Shown in pieces: positions 28,822-38,772 of a DNA stretch of 64,000 bases. Each line of letters begins with the position of its first letter. Position 1 is the stretch's first letter. Below the pieces are notes generated by a model that was given only the letters and a program-made list of their open reading frames with translations, did no database searches and was not told where the DNA came from. The stretch comes from Hyalangium minutum (GTDB lineage: Bacteria > Myxococcota > Myxococcia > Myxococcales > Myxococcaceae), in the NCBI RefSeq assembly GCF_000737315.1, contig NZ_JMCB01000003.1, positions 153,394-217,393 on the forward strand, in the 5' to 3' direction. Both the position numbers and the translations under genes were made by a program.

Positions 28822-30104
28822 CCCACCACCGCCGACAGCAACGAGCCCAGCAGGATTCCCAGCTTGGCCTCGGCCAGCAGGTTCGGATCGCTCGGGAACG
28901 CCAGTGTCGCCACGAAGAGCGCCACCGTGAACCCAATGCCCGCCACCACCGCCACCCCGTGCAGCTGTGAAACCCTCGACCCTCCAGGGAGCGGTGACAC
29001 CCCCACCTTCACCGCCACGTAGGTGAACAGGAAGATCCCGACCTGCTTGCCCACGAACAGCCCCACGATGATTCCCAATGGCAGCGGCTTGGCCAGGTCC
29101 GCCAGCGACATGCCCTCCAGCGAAATCCCCGAGTTCGCCAGCGCGAACAGCGGCACGATCCCGTATGCCACGTATCCGTGCCACAGGTGCACGAAGCGGT
29201 TCAGTGGCGGCTCGATGTCCTCCAACTGCTCCTCGATGTAGAGCAACTGCGCGCTGCGCACCGCCTCGTCCTCGGGCTCCTCCACGCACCGGGTGATGTA
29301 GGAGGACAGCTCGGTGAGGACCTCCCGCCCCCGGCGTACCGGTACCGCCGGGATGAACATCCCCAGCATCACCCCCGACAGCGTCGCGTGGATCCCTCCG
29401 TGGTGCATCGCGTACCAGAGCACTCCGCCAAGCAGCAGGTACACCATGCCGTTGCGCACGTAGAACCGGTTGCACACCGCCAGCACCACCGCCACGCCCC
29501 CCGCCGCCATCAGCCACTCCCCGTGGAGCCCTGTCCCGTAGAAGAGCGCGATCACGATGATGCCGCCGATGTCGTCGAAGATCGCCAACGCCGTCAGGAA
29601 CACCACCAGCGCGTGTGACACCCGCGCCCGCACCAGCGTCAGGCACCCAATCGAGAACGCAATGTCCGTTGCCATCGGGATCGCCCAGCCTGCCGCCGCT
29701 GGCGTCCCCGCGTTGAAGATCAGGTACAGCCCCGCAGGCACCAGCATGCCCCCCAACGCCGCGATCAGCGGCAGCAGCGCCCTCGCCGGCGTGCGCAGCT
29801 CTCCGGCGGACAGCTCTCGCTTGATCTCCATCCCCACCAGGAAGAAGAACAGCGTCATCAGCCCGTCGTTGATGAACTCCCGGAACGTGAACGCCCCGCG
29901 CGACCCGGACAGCTCCAGCGCCATCGGCGCGTCGAACAGCCCCGTGTAGCTCGAAGCCCAGGGCGAGTTGGCCCACACCATGGCCGCCACCGCGCACAGC
30001 GCCAGGATGATGCCGCTGCTGGCCTCCAGCCGGAAGAAGGCCTGGAGCGGCGCGATCGCGACCTTGAAGAGGGCAGGGACAGGGGGGGGCGGGCGTGGCT
30101 CCAT
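28764..30104 (-). CDS. nhaA: Na+/H+ antiporter NhaA
   Basis: Strong NhaA similarity (EFINDGLMTLFFFLVGMEIKRE, AIPMATDIAF, LTALAIFDDIGGIIVIALFY); start chosen at MEPRPPP. Confidence 0.85.
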   Translation of the reverse strand: MEPRPPPPVPALFKVAIAPLQAFFRLEASSGIILALCAVAAMVWANSPWASSYTGLFDAPMALELSGSRGAFTFREFINDGLMTLFFFLVGMEIKRELSAGELRTPARALLPLIAALGGMLVPAGLYLIFNAGTPAAAGWAIPMATDIAFSIGCLTLVRARVSHALVVFLTALAIFDDIGGIIVIALFYGTGLHGEWLMAAGGVAVVLAVCNRFYVRNGMVYLLLGGVLWYAMHHGGIHATLSGVMLGMFIPAVPVRRGREVLTELSSYITRCVEEPEDEAVRSAQLLYIEEQLEDIEPPLNRFVHLWHGYVAYGIVPLFALANSGISLEGMSLADLAKPLPLGIIVGLFVGKQVGIFLFTYVAVKVGVSPLPGGSRVSQLHGVAVVAGIGFTVALFVATLAFPSDPNLLAEAKLGILLGSLLSAVVGYLLLRFGPAPKVAAPSPA

Positions 30105-30266
30105 AGGGGGGGTAGGTTGCCCTCCTGCCTGCCGTGCGGAAACCGATTTCGACACCCATGAACTGACGACGTCCACCGGGGGTGTTACAGGTGCGTTTCA
30201 GGTGACGTAAGGGGTAGGACGCTCGCGCGTTGATCCTGGGCGCGGGGCGTGAGAGAAGGGGAAATC

Positions 30267-33026
30267 ATGGGTGGAACGCAGGTGAAGACAGCCAAGGGCG
30301 CCAGCGCCGAAGTCGCTCCAGAATCCAACCTGGAGGGTATGGAAGCCAAGGCCGAGCCAACGGGGGCACGGGAGATTGCCTCCCTGACCCCCATGATGCG
30401 CCAGTATCTGGAGCTCAAGGCGCTCCACCCGGACACCATCCTCTTCTTCCGGCTCGGGGACTTCTACGAGATGTTCTTCGAGGACGCCATCCGCGCCTCG
30501 GAGTTGCTCCAGATCACCCTCACCGCGCGCGCCAAGGGCAGTGAGAAGGTGCCCATGTGCGGCGTGCCCTACCACTCGGCCCGCCGCTACATCGCCCGCC
30601 TCATCGAGCAGGGGCTCAAGGTCGCCATCTGCGAGCAGATGGAGGAGCCCGGCAATGGCCCCGGCATCGTCAAGCGCGAGGTGACGCGCATCATCACCCC
30701 CGGCATGGTGCTGGACGAGGAAGTGCTCGAGCCGCGCGCCAGCAACTTCCTGGCTGCCGTGCACTGGGCCGAGCGGGGCTTCGGCGCCGCCCTGCTCGAG
30801 GCCTCGACCGGCGAGTTCTTCTCCGTGGAGGTGGCCACCGCCCAGGAGCTGGTGGAAGCCCTGTCTCGCGTGGACCCTCGCGAGCTGCTCGTGCCCGAGG
30901 GGCAGCGGTCTGCGGCCGAGGTGGCCTTCCTCACCGCGCGTCTGCCTCGCACCCCTTCGGTGACAGAGCTGGACAAGGCCGCCTTCGAGGCTCCGCGTGC
31001 GGCGCTCTATCTGAAGGGCCATTTCTCGGTGGCCTCGCTGGAGGCCTTCGGGCTGGCGGATGCGCCCCTGGCCACCGGCGCGGCGGGCGCGGCCCTGCGC
31101 TACCTCAAGGACACCCAGAAGACGAACGCCGCGCACGTGGATCGGCTGAGCCGCCTGGAGCGCGCCGGGCATCTGCTCATGGACGAGTCCTCGCGCTCCA
31201 ACCTGGAGGTGCTCAAGACGCTCCGGGATGGCGCTCGCAAGGGGAGCCTCCTGGGCGTGCTGGACCGCACTGCTACCAGCATGGGCGGCCGCAAGCTGGC
31301 TCGCTGGCTTGCCGCGCCCCTGTGTGCCCTGCCGGAGATCCATGCCCGTCTGGATGCCGTGGAGGAGCTGGCTCAGAAGAGCGTCTGGCGCGAGGAACTC
31401 ACCACGCTCCTCAAGGAGGTCGCGGACCTGGAGCGGCTGTGCGGACGGCTCTCGCTCGGGGCCGGCAATGCTCGCGATCTGCGAGCCCTGGCCGTGTCGC
31501 TCGCGCAGCTGCCCAAGCTGTCCGCCGCGCTCGCTCGGTGCTCGGCACCGCTGCTCAAGGCCCTGGCGGGTCCGCTGAGCGCTCTGCCGGAGCTGGCAGA
31601 GCTTCTTCTGCGAGCCGTGGTGGATGAGCCGCCGGTGACGATCAAGGAGGGTGGCCTGTTCCGCCAGGGCTTCCACGCAGAGCTGGATGAGCTGGTGGCG
31701 CTGTCCACCTCCGGCAAGGACTACCTGCTGAAGCTCGAGGCGCGGGAGCGGGAGCGGACGAAGATCTCCTCGCTCAAGGTCCGCTACAACAAGGTGTTCG
31801 GGTACTTCATCGAGGTGACGAACAGCAACAAGCACCTGGTGCCCAAGGACTACATCCGCAAGCAGACCACGGTGGGGGGCGAGCGCTTCATCACCCCCGA
31901 GCTCAAGGAGTACGAGGAGAAGGTCCTCACCGCAGAGGAGCGTCGCTGCGCGCTGGAGCTTCGCCTCTTCGAGGAGCTGCGGGCCCAGGTGGTTGCCGCC
32001 GCCCCGCGTATCCGCTCGGCCGCCGAGGCCGTGGCCACCAGCGATGCGCTCCTGTCCTTTGCGCGCTGCTCCGCGGAGTACGGCTACATCCGGCCCGTGG
32101 TGGATGACTCGGACGTGTTCTCCATCACCGCCGGGCGCCATCCCGTGGTCGAGCGCGTGCTGAGCGCGGGCGAGTCCTTCGTCCCCAATGACGTGCAGAT
32201 GAGCTCGGGCGAGGCGCAGATCCTCGTCATCACCGGTCCGAACATGGCCGGTAAGAGCACGGTGATGCGGCAGGTGGCGCTCACGGTGCTCATGGCCCAG
32301 GCGGGTTGCTTCGTCCCGGCCAAGGCGGCGCACATTGGCCTATGCGATCGGATCTTCACCCGCGTGGGCGCCGCGGACAATCTGGCGCGCGGACAGTCCA
32401 CGTTCATGGTGGAGATGACGGAGACGAGCCACATCCTTCACCACGCCACGCGCAAGAGCATCGTGATCCTGGACGAGATCGGCCGTGGCACCTCCACGTT
32501 CGATGGGCTCTCCATTGCCTGGGCAGTGGCTGAGCACATCCACGACAAGCTCGGCGCGCGCACGCTGTTCGCCACGCACTACCACGAGCTGGTGGACCTG
32601 GCCCGAGAGAAGCCTCGGGTGAAGAACCTGTGCATCGCGGTCAAGGAGCACGGTGGCAAGGTGCTCTTCCTGCGCAAGCTGGTGCCCGGCGGTGCGAACC
32701 GTTCCTACGGCATCGAGGTGGCCAAGCTGGCCGGCTTGCCCCAGGAGGTGGTGGCCCGCGCTCGGGACATCCTCCAGAACCTGGAGTCCGGGGAGCTGGA
32801 TGAGGCAGGGCGTCCTCGCGCTGCGGTCCGCCGGGGTTCCCGCGTGGCGGCTGGGCAGCTCGGGCTCTTCGGGGGAGAGGCGAGTGGGGGAGCAACGCCG
32901 GAGGTTCCCGCTGTACCCCCCGCGCAGCAGAAGGTGCTGGATGCGCTGCGCAACACCTCGCTGGACACCACCACGCCGCTGGAGGCCCTCAACCTCCTGG
33001 CACGGCTCCAGAAGGAGTTGAAGTAA
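30267..33026 (+). CDS. mutS: DNA mismatch repair protein MutS
   Basis: TPMMRQYLELK, Walker A GPNMAGKST, DEIGRGTSTFDG, C-terminal dimerisation region; RBS GAGAAGGGGAAATC before ATG 30267. Confidence 0.95.
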   Translation: MGGTQVKTAKGASAEVAPESNLEGMEAKAEPTGAREIASLTPMMRQYLELKALHPDTILFFRLGDFYEMFFEDAIRASELLQITLTARAKGSEKVPMCGVPYHSARRYIARLIEQGLKVAICEQMEEPGNGPGIVKREVTRIITPGMVLDEEVLEPRASNFLAAVHWAERGFGAALLEASTGEFFSVEVATAQELVEALSRVDPRELLVPEGQRSAAEVAFLTARLPRTPSVTELDKAAFEAPRAALYLKGHFSVASLEAFGLADAPLATGAAGAALRYLKDTQKTNAAHVDRLSRLERAGHLLMDESSRSNLEVLKTLRDGARKGSLLGVLDRTATSMGGRKLARWLAAPLCALPEIHARLDAVEELAQKSVWREELTTLLKEVADLERLCGRLSLGAGNARDLRALAVSLAQLPKLSAALARCSAPLLKALAGPLSALPELAELLLRAVVDEPPVTIKEGGLFRQGFHAELDELVALSTSGKDYLLKLEARERERTKISSLKVRYNKVFGYFIEVTNSNKHLVPKDYIRKQTTVGGERFITPELKEYEEKVLTAEERRCALELRLFEELRAQVVAAAPRIRSAAEAVATSDALLSFARCSAEYGYIRPVVDDSDVFSITAGRHPVVERVLSAGESFVPNDVQMSSGEAQILVITGPNMAGKSTVMRQVALTVLMAQAGCFVPAKAAHIGLCDRIFTRVGAADNLARGQSTFMVEMTETSHILHHATRKSIVILDEIGRGTSTFDGLSIAWAVAEHIHDKLGARTLFATHYHELVDLAREKPRVKNLCIAVKEHGGKVLFLRKLVPGGANRSYGIEVAKLAGLPQEVVARARDILQNLESGELDEAGRPRAAVRRGSRVAAGQLGLFGGEASGGATPEVPAVPPAQQKVLDALRNTSLDTTTPLEALNLLARLQKELK

Positions 33027-33053
33027 AAGGGGGCGAGCCAAGGAGGCCGCCTC

Positions 33054-33818
33054 GTGCAGTTCGCCATTCCTCACGCGCCCCGGCGTGTCCGCTTTTCCCA
33101 GGTGCCCGGCGCCGTGGGAAGGCTGGTGCGCACTGTCATCCTTGGGCTCCTGTTCATGGCCGTTGTCGGCGCGGGGGCTGCCTTCGCTGGGCGCTTCTTC
33201 ATCAAGGAGCGCGACTTCTTCGCTCGGGCCGAGGAGGTGGAGGGGTTCGTCGCGAGCAGCAAGCTGCCGCCCCCGGAGAAGCGTGTCGACGCTGAAGCCA
33301 CCCTGGAGGTGCTCTACAGCGTCGACGAGCGGCAATACACCGTGAACGGCGTGCGCACCGCCGCTGAGTACGCCGAGGGGCTCGGCCGGGGCGCACAGGT
33401 GAAGCTGCTCGTGGACCCGAGCCAGCCGGACAAGCCCCGCGAGGCTCAGTTCGCTCGTGCACAGTCCGGTGCCATCAACCTGCTCCCGTGGGGGTTGGGT
33501 GTTGGGGCGCTCGGCGCCGTGGTCCTGTTCCTGCGCGAGCTGCGCCGCACCATCCGCGCCGAGCTCGAGCCCCTGCGCCGGGGTGATCTGGTCTGGCTCA
33601 CGCCGGATGGGCCTCTGCCTGAGACTCGCAGCGAGACCGTCTTCCCCGCCTCCTACTACCGCAAGGATGTGAAGCACGCCGTCCGCGCCCGCGCCCGCCC
33701 GGGCCGCGCCCCGGTGCGCAATGGAGCCAAGGTGCTCGCCGCGGTGATCCCCCGCGAGCAGGACTGGGTCCGCGTCATCGACGAGGATCTGGCCCGTACC
33801 CTCGGCTGGATTCGTTGA
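33054..33818 (+). CDS. hypothetical membrane protein (DUF3592-like TM-beta-TM architecture)
   Basis: Two TM helices flanking a soluble segment; GTG start per ORF track. Confidence 0.45.
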   Translation: MQFAIPHAPRRVRFSQVPGAVGRLVRTVILGLLFMAVVGAGAAFAGRFFIKERDFFARAEEVEGFVASSKLPPPEKRVDAEATLEVLYSVDERQYTVNGVRTAAEYAEGLGRGAQVKLLVDPSQPDKPREAQFARAQSGAINLLPWGLGVGALGAVVLFLRELRRTIRAELEPLRRGDLVWLTPDGPLPETRSETVFPASYYRKDVKHAVRARARPGRAPVRNGAKVLAAVIPREQDWVRVIDEDLARTLGWIR

Positions 33819-33911
33819 GCCGCGAGGGCAGGGGAGAACCGAAAATTTGCGGGTGCAAGGAGCCCATGACACACATCTGTAGCTGTCGATCCCCGTGTGT
33901 CCGGAGGCTTC

Positions 33912-35609
33912 ATGCGCGCTCGCCTCGCCCTCTTCCTGCTGCTGCTGTCGAGTGTCGCCTCCGCGGCGAAGCGGGATGCGGCCGAAGAGGCCTACCAGGA
34001 GGCGCGCACGGCCTACTACGTCCTCAAGGGAGACGCAGTGCGGCGCAAGCTGCGCCACCACTGGCTCAACGTCGCCCGCCGCTTCGAGGCCGTCGCCACC
34101 GACCACCCCAAGAGCCCTCGCGCACCAGACGCCCTCTTCACCGCCGGCGAGCTGATGAACGAGCTGAGCCGGATCTCCTTCCTCCTGGAGGATCTCCAGT
34201 CCGCCGCGGGCGACTACTCGAAGGTTGTCGAGAACCACCCGCGTCACCGCCTCGCGGATGACGCCGCGCTCTCGCTGGCCCGCATCTATCTGGATCGCCT
34301 GGACCACCCCGATGCCGCTCGCCGCGTCATCACCGACAGCCTCGCCAACAACAGCAAGGGTGACCGGGCCCGTGAGCTGAAGGAACTGCTGGCCTCGCTG
34401 CCCACGCCCAAGACGCCGCCCCCTCCCGCTCGCAAGCCCGCCGCGCCCGCTGTTGCCGAGGCGGCTCCTGCTCCCGCTGCGCAGCCGGATGCGTCCAAGG
34501 CGGGAACATCGCTGGTGGATGCCATCTCCAAGCTGGCGCGTGAGTCGGGACCCACCAACGCGGCTCCTGCCCCCGAGGCTCAGGATTCCAAGGCCAGCAG
34601 CGAGGCTCCGCGCGTCGTCGTCATCACCCCGATGAAGACGGCTGAGGCGCCCGTGCCCACCGCGAAGGACTCGAAGGTGGCGGCCACGCCCGCCGCTCCG
34701 GCCAGTGCGCCCGCCCCGGTGGCGGTGACGCTGCCCTCCAAGCCGAAGACCGAGCCGGTCGCTGTCTCCGTGGTGAAGTCTGCTCCCGAGCCCACCGTGG
34801 TGCCCGTGAAGCCCGCGCCCTCCAATCCCGTCCTGGACCCGCACATCGCCGAGGCTCGGATGAAGACCGCCGCGAAGCTGTCGCGCCGCGCGGAGCTGAC
34901 GCTCGTCGAGCAGCTCGGCCTCAAGGTCCGCCGCGTCATCATCGATCCCGGCCACGGGGGCCACGACACGGGCGCCATCGGGAAGAACGGGACGCGCGAG
35001 AAGGACATCACCCTGGCCATCTCCCTGAAGCTCGCCGAGGAGCTCAAGGAGCGCGGCCTGGAGGTCATCCTCACCCGCGAGGACGATCACTACGTCCGGC
35101 TCGAGGATCGCGCCCAGTTCGCCAATGAGTCCCGCGGCGACCTGTTCATCTCCATCCACTGCAACTCCGCCGCGAGCTCCAAGCTCCACGGCGTGGAGAC
35201 GTACACGCTCAACATCTCCGCGGATCGCTACTCCATCCGGCTCGCCGCGCGCGAGAACGCCTCCACCGAGAAGGGCATCAGCGATCTCCAGTTCATCCTC
35301 GCGGACCTGGCCACCAAGGCGAACACCGGCGAGTCCACCCGCCTGGCCTCCCAGGTCCAGAAGAGCCTCGTGGGCCAGCTGTCCAAGGAGTATTCGGACA
35401 TCAAGGATCTGGGCAACAAGGAGGCGCTCTTCTACGTGCTGCTCGGCGTCAAGATGCCCGCGATCCTCGTGGAGACCGCCTTCCTGTCCCACTCCGAGGA
35501 GGAGCAGCGCCTGGGCTCCGAGGCGTACCAGGACAGCGTGGCTCAGGCGATCGCCCAGGGCGTGGAGGAGTTCCTCGGGGATCGCAACAAGCTGGCCAAG
35601 GTCGATTGA
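33912..35609 (+). CDS. amiC: N-acetylmuramoyl-L-alanine amidase (AmiC-like) with N-terminal TPR-like domain and Pro/Ala-rich linker
   Basis: Signal peptide MRARLALFLLLLSSVASAA; Amidase_3 motifs VIIDPGHGGHDTGAIG and LFISIHCNS. Confidence 0.85.
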   Translation: MRARLALFLLLLSSVASAAKRDAAEEAYQEARTAYYVLKGDAVRRKLRHHWLNVARRFEAVATDHPKSPRAPDALFTAGELMNELSRISFLLEDLQSAAGDYSKVVENHPRHRLADDAALSLARIYLDRLDHPDAARRVITDSLANNSKGDRARELKELLASLPTPKTPPPPARKPAAPAVAEAAPAPAAQPDASKAGTSLVDAISKLARESGPTNAAPAPEAQDSKASSEAPRVVVITPMKTAEAPVPTAKDSKVAATPAAPASAPAPVAVTLPSKPKTEPVAVSVVKSAPEPTVVPVKPAPSNPVLDPHIAEARMKTAAKLSRRAELTLVEQLGLKVRRVIIDPGHGGHDTGAIGKNGTREKDITLAISLKLAEELKERGLEVILTREDDHYVRLEDRAQFANESRGDLFISIHCNSAASSKLHGVETYTLNISADRYSIRLAARENASTEKGISDLQFILADLATKANTGESTRLASQVQKSLVGQLSKEYSDIKDLGNKEALFYVLLGVKMPAILVETAFLSHSEEEQRLGSEAYQDSVAQAIAQGVEEFLGDRNKLAKVD

Positions 35610-35653
35610 CCGGCGAGTGAGGCCCCTCCGCCGGTCCCTCGGCCCTCGCGTCC

Positions 35654-36436
35654 TCACGAGATGGACGGCAGCCCGTCCTTGCGGTTCAGCGAGAAGTCGT
35701 GAGGCGTGGAGGGAGCCGGAGGAGGCTCGGGCAGCTGCGGCTCCGGTCGCGGCATGGGGACCGGCGCGTTGAGATCCCTGTACACGCGGCGGCCGAGGAA
35801 GGCCCCCAGCACCAGCGAGATGAACAGACCGATGCCGGACACCAGGGTCATGATCGTCCGCCCCTGGGCCAGTCCACTCCCGAACTGCACGATGAGGAAC
35901 GTGCCGGGCAGAGTGCCGACCATGATTCCCGCGATGGACGGCCAGAAGCGCGCCCCCGAGGCCGCCGCCGCCGCCAGCATCATGTCCGTGGGCAGCAGCG
36001 GGTTGATGCAGGTGAGCAGGGCAAACTGGAAGTCATGCTTGCTCGCGGCGCGGGACAGCGCCTCGTAGTGCTCGCCGGCCAGGCGCTTCATCGGCCGTAC
36101 GCCCAGCTTCCGGGCAATCCCGAACACCACGGTCGACGCCAGGAAGCTCCCGATCAGCGCATAGACCGTGCCCATCAGCGTGCCGAACACCATGCCGCCT
36201 ACTGCGGCGAACAGCGTGCCCGGCAAGAGCGTCAGCGGGCGGAGGGCCAGGGCAAACAGGTACGCGAACGGGGCGGCCTTGCCCATGGGCTCAATGAAGT
36301 CGCGGAGCTGGCGCTGGTCGATGACATCCGGTCCCAGCAACCTCAGCAGCAGCAACCCGCCAATGGACGCCCCCACGGGTGCCAGGACGCGCAGCCACTT
36401 CTTCACCCCGCCTTTCACGCTCCACCTCCCCGACAT
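35654..36436 (-). CDS. DedA/TVP38-TMEM64 family membrane protein
   Basis: Characteristic ...LRPLTLLPGTLFAAVGGMVFG... SNARE-associated/DedA core. Confidence 0.75.
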   Translation of the reverse strand: MSGRWSVKGGVKKWLRVLAPVGASIGGLLLLRLLGPDVIDQRQLRDFIEPMGKAAPFAYLFALALRPLTLLPGTLFAAVGGMVFGTLMGTVYALIGSFLASTVVFGIARKLGVRPMKRLAGEHYEALSRAASKHDFQFALLTCINPLLPTDMMLAAAAASGARFWPSIAGIMVGTLPGTFLIVQFGSGLAQGRTIMTLVSGIGLFISLVLGAFLGRRVYRDLNAPVPMPRPEPQLPEPPPAPSTPHDFSLNRKDGLPSIS

Positions 36437-36720
36437 GGACCGACACAAGTGCCCGCCAGAAGGTGCTCCTTGTTAGGGAAGAAGCAATAGAGGCCCGGAT
36501 GTTCTCAACACAGAAGCATCCTGCCGGGCAGGCATCAGCTCGGCCAGGACGCCTAGCAAGCCTGACAACCTCTCGTAATCATTGGGATTTGAGTGCGGTT
36601 TGTCGGGTGGTGACGGCTGGCGGTGTACGGAGCTTGCTTGCATCGGGGCGCTTCCGTCCCAAGGTTTCAGGCAAGGGGCACCGTGCGAGGCGTCGGGCAG
36701 TAACGAGAGGAGATGGCGAT

Positions 36721-37158
36721 ATGTCGGACAAGGACAACAAGGGCAGCATGACGGTGGCGGAGGCGGGGCGTAAGGGTGGCGAGACCGTTCGCAACGAGCG
36801 AGGTCGTGAGTTCTACGAGACCATCGGTCGTAAGGGCGGTGCGACGGTCAAGGCCGAGCGGGGCCGCTCCTTCTACGAGGAGATTGGCCGCAAGGGCGGC
36901 GAGACCGTGAAGGCCGAGCGGGGCGCCAAGTTCTACGAGGAGATCGGCAAGAAGGGTGGCGACCGCGTGAAGGCCACCCGCGGGCCGAACTTCTACGAGG
37001 AGATTGGGCGCAAGGGTGGGCAGAAGGTGAAGAAGCTCATCGAGGAGGGCAAGCGCGCGGCCCGCGCGGCCATGGCCCAGTCGGAGAAGCCCGCCGAGGA
37101 GCCGGCCGCGCCTGCGGCCCCCGTGGCCGAAGAGGGCCAGGAGCCTCATCGCGAGTAG
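36721..37158 (+). CDS. general stress protein with KGG repeats (YciG-like)
   Basis: Five tandem RKGGETVKAERG..FYEEIG units; ATG 36721 preceded by GAGAGGAG. Confidence 0.8.
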   Translation: MSDKDNKGSMTVAEAGRKGGETVRNERGREFYETIGRKGGATVKAERGRSFYEEIGRKGGETVKAERGAKFYEEIGKKGGDRVKATRGPNFYEEIGRKGGQKVKKLIEEGKRAARAAMAQSEKPAEEPAAPAAPVAEEGQEPHRE

Positions 37159-37197
37159 CTGCGTGACGCAGGGACACGGACCCGGTAAGAGGGGTGT

Positions 37198-37536
37198 GTG
37201 TTCCTCGTCATCACGCTGCTGGACCAGGTAGAGCAGCTCGAGCGGGCGATCCGCCGGCTCCGGGATTTTGGAATTCCGGAGCCGCTGGTGGTCCGTGCTC
37301 GGAGCGCGGCGGCCGCCCTGTCGGCCGAGGTGCCTGTCTTCGCGGGCCTGCGCAGTCTGGCGCTGGGCGCGGACGAGGATCGGCTTCTGCTCTTGAGCTT
37401 GCTGCCTCAGCCCAGCGCGGAGGAAGCCGAGCGGCTGATCCAGCGCGTCCAGTTGGAGATGGACGCGGACGAGCCCCCCATGGGGCGGCTGGTGGCGCTG
37501 CCGGTGATCGCGGCCCCGCTCTTTCGCCGACCGTGA
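37198..37536 (+). CDS. small hypothetical protein, possibly P-II-like fold
   Basis: 112 aa; N-terminus MFLVITLLDQVEQLERAIRRLRDFGIPEPLVV resembles P-II/DUF190 beta-alpha-beta start; immediately upstream of two cation:proton antiporter genes. Confidence 0.4.
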   Translation: MFLVITLLDQVEQLERAIRRLRDFGIPEPLVVRARSAAAALSAEVPVFAGLRSLALGADEDRLLLLSLLPQPSAEEAERLIQRVQLEMDADEPPMGRLVALPVIAAPLFRRP

Positions 37537-37569
37537 CGAGGGCGCCCGGGCGGTGTAAGCACGGGAGCC

Positions 37570-38772
37570 ATGCAGGCGCTGCTCGTCTTCCTCGCCATCG
37601 CGGCGCTCTCATTGCTTGCTTCAAGCCGGATCCTGCTGGATCCCAGCCGGTTGCCCGGTGTGGCCCAGCTGGCGGCCAGCGGGCTCACTTTCCTCGTCTT
37701 CGGTATCCTGCTGGGGCCGGGGCTCGTGGGTGTGCTTTCCCCGGTGGATCTCCAGGGGCTCCTGCCCGTGGTGTCCCTGGGGCTCGGCACGGCCGGCGTC
37801 ATTCTGGGGCTGAACCTGGAGCCACGGCTCTTGCGGCGGCTGCCCCGGCCGGTGTTCTTCGCCGCCCTGGCTCACTCCGGGGTGGCTTTTCTTTTTGTCG
37901 CGGTGCCGCTGTCGGGCGCCATGCTGGTGACCACCCGGCTGCCCTTCGCGGCGGTGGTGGGCGGCGCGGCGCTGCTGGGCGCGGCGGCCAGCTTGTCCTC
38001 TGGCCACTTCGCGGTGATGGGCTACCGGAGCGGGCGGATGGAGCGCTCGCGCGGGCTGGCCGTGGCGCTGCTGACCATGCTGGATGACGGGGTGGGGCTG
38101 ATGGTGCTGGCCTTGGCCCTGGTGCTGGGCGCGGGGGCCAGCGTGGCCGAGGGCGTGGGGTTGGTGGCCCTGGCGCTCCTGCTGGGCGTAATGTGCGGCG
38201 CGCTGATCGCTTTCCTCACGTATGCACTGAAGGACGTGGCCGAGCTGACGGCGGTGATGCTGGGCGGCGTGGCGCTGGTAGGCGGCGCGGCGGCGTACCT
38301 GCGCGTGTCAGCGCTGCTGGCGGGCGTGGCCTGCGGGGCGACGCTGGCGCTGGTGGGCGGCCGGGCGGTGGAGCAGGTGGCGCGGGCGCTCGGGCGCTTC
38401 GAGCGGCCCACCTATTTGATGATGGTGTTCCTCGCGGGCTGCTTCGTGCAGGCGCGCGACGTGGACGCGTGGGTGCTGCTGCCGGGGTACGTGGCGCTGC
38501 GGTTCCTCGGGAAGGTGTGGGGCGGCTCGCTGGCGCAGCGCTTCGCGGCGAACACGCTGGATCTGCCCTCTCAGCTCGGCTTCGCGCTCATTGCCCAGGG
38601 TGGGCTGGCGCTGTGCCTGGTGGTCCAGTACCTGCTGCTGGTGCCTGGGCCGCTGTCGCAGCACATCTTCGACGTGGTGGCCCTGGGCGCGGTGGTGAAC
38701 GAGGTGCTGGCGAGCCGGGCCTTCCGGCAGGTGCTCGATCCGCACAGGCGGGCCCGGGAGGGCACGGCATGA
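37570..38772 (+). CDS. cation:proton antiporter (CPA/Kef-type) membrane protein
   Basis: About 12 predicted TM helices, Gly/Ala-rich; CPA-family look. Confidence 0.65.
   Translation: MQALLVFLAIAALSLLASSRILLDPSRLPGVAQLAASGLTFLVFGILLGPGLVGVLSPVDLQGLLPVVSLGLGTAGVILGLNLEPRLLRRLPRPVFFAALAHSGVAFLFVAVPLSGAMLVTTRLPFAAVVGGAALLGAAASLSSGHFAVMGYRSGRMERSRGLAVALLTMLDDGVGLMVLALALVLGAGASVAEGVGLVALALLLGVMCGALIAFLTYALKDVAELTAVMLGGVALVGGAAAYLRVSALLAGVACGATLALVGGRAVEQVARALGRFERPTYLMMVFLAGCFVQARDVDAWVLLPGYVALRFLGKVWGGSLAQRFAANTLDLPSQLGFALIAQGGLALCLVVQYLLLVPGPLSQHIFDVVALGAVVNEVLASRAFRQVLDPHRRAREGTA

Noticed and set aside
36449-36720. 272-bp intergenic region upstream of KGG stress gene as a small RNA or riboswitch
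   Set aside because: No recognisable riboswitch consensus or strong structured element seen by eye. It is more likely a stress-sigma promoter/UTR, so only noted.
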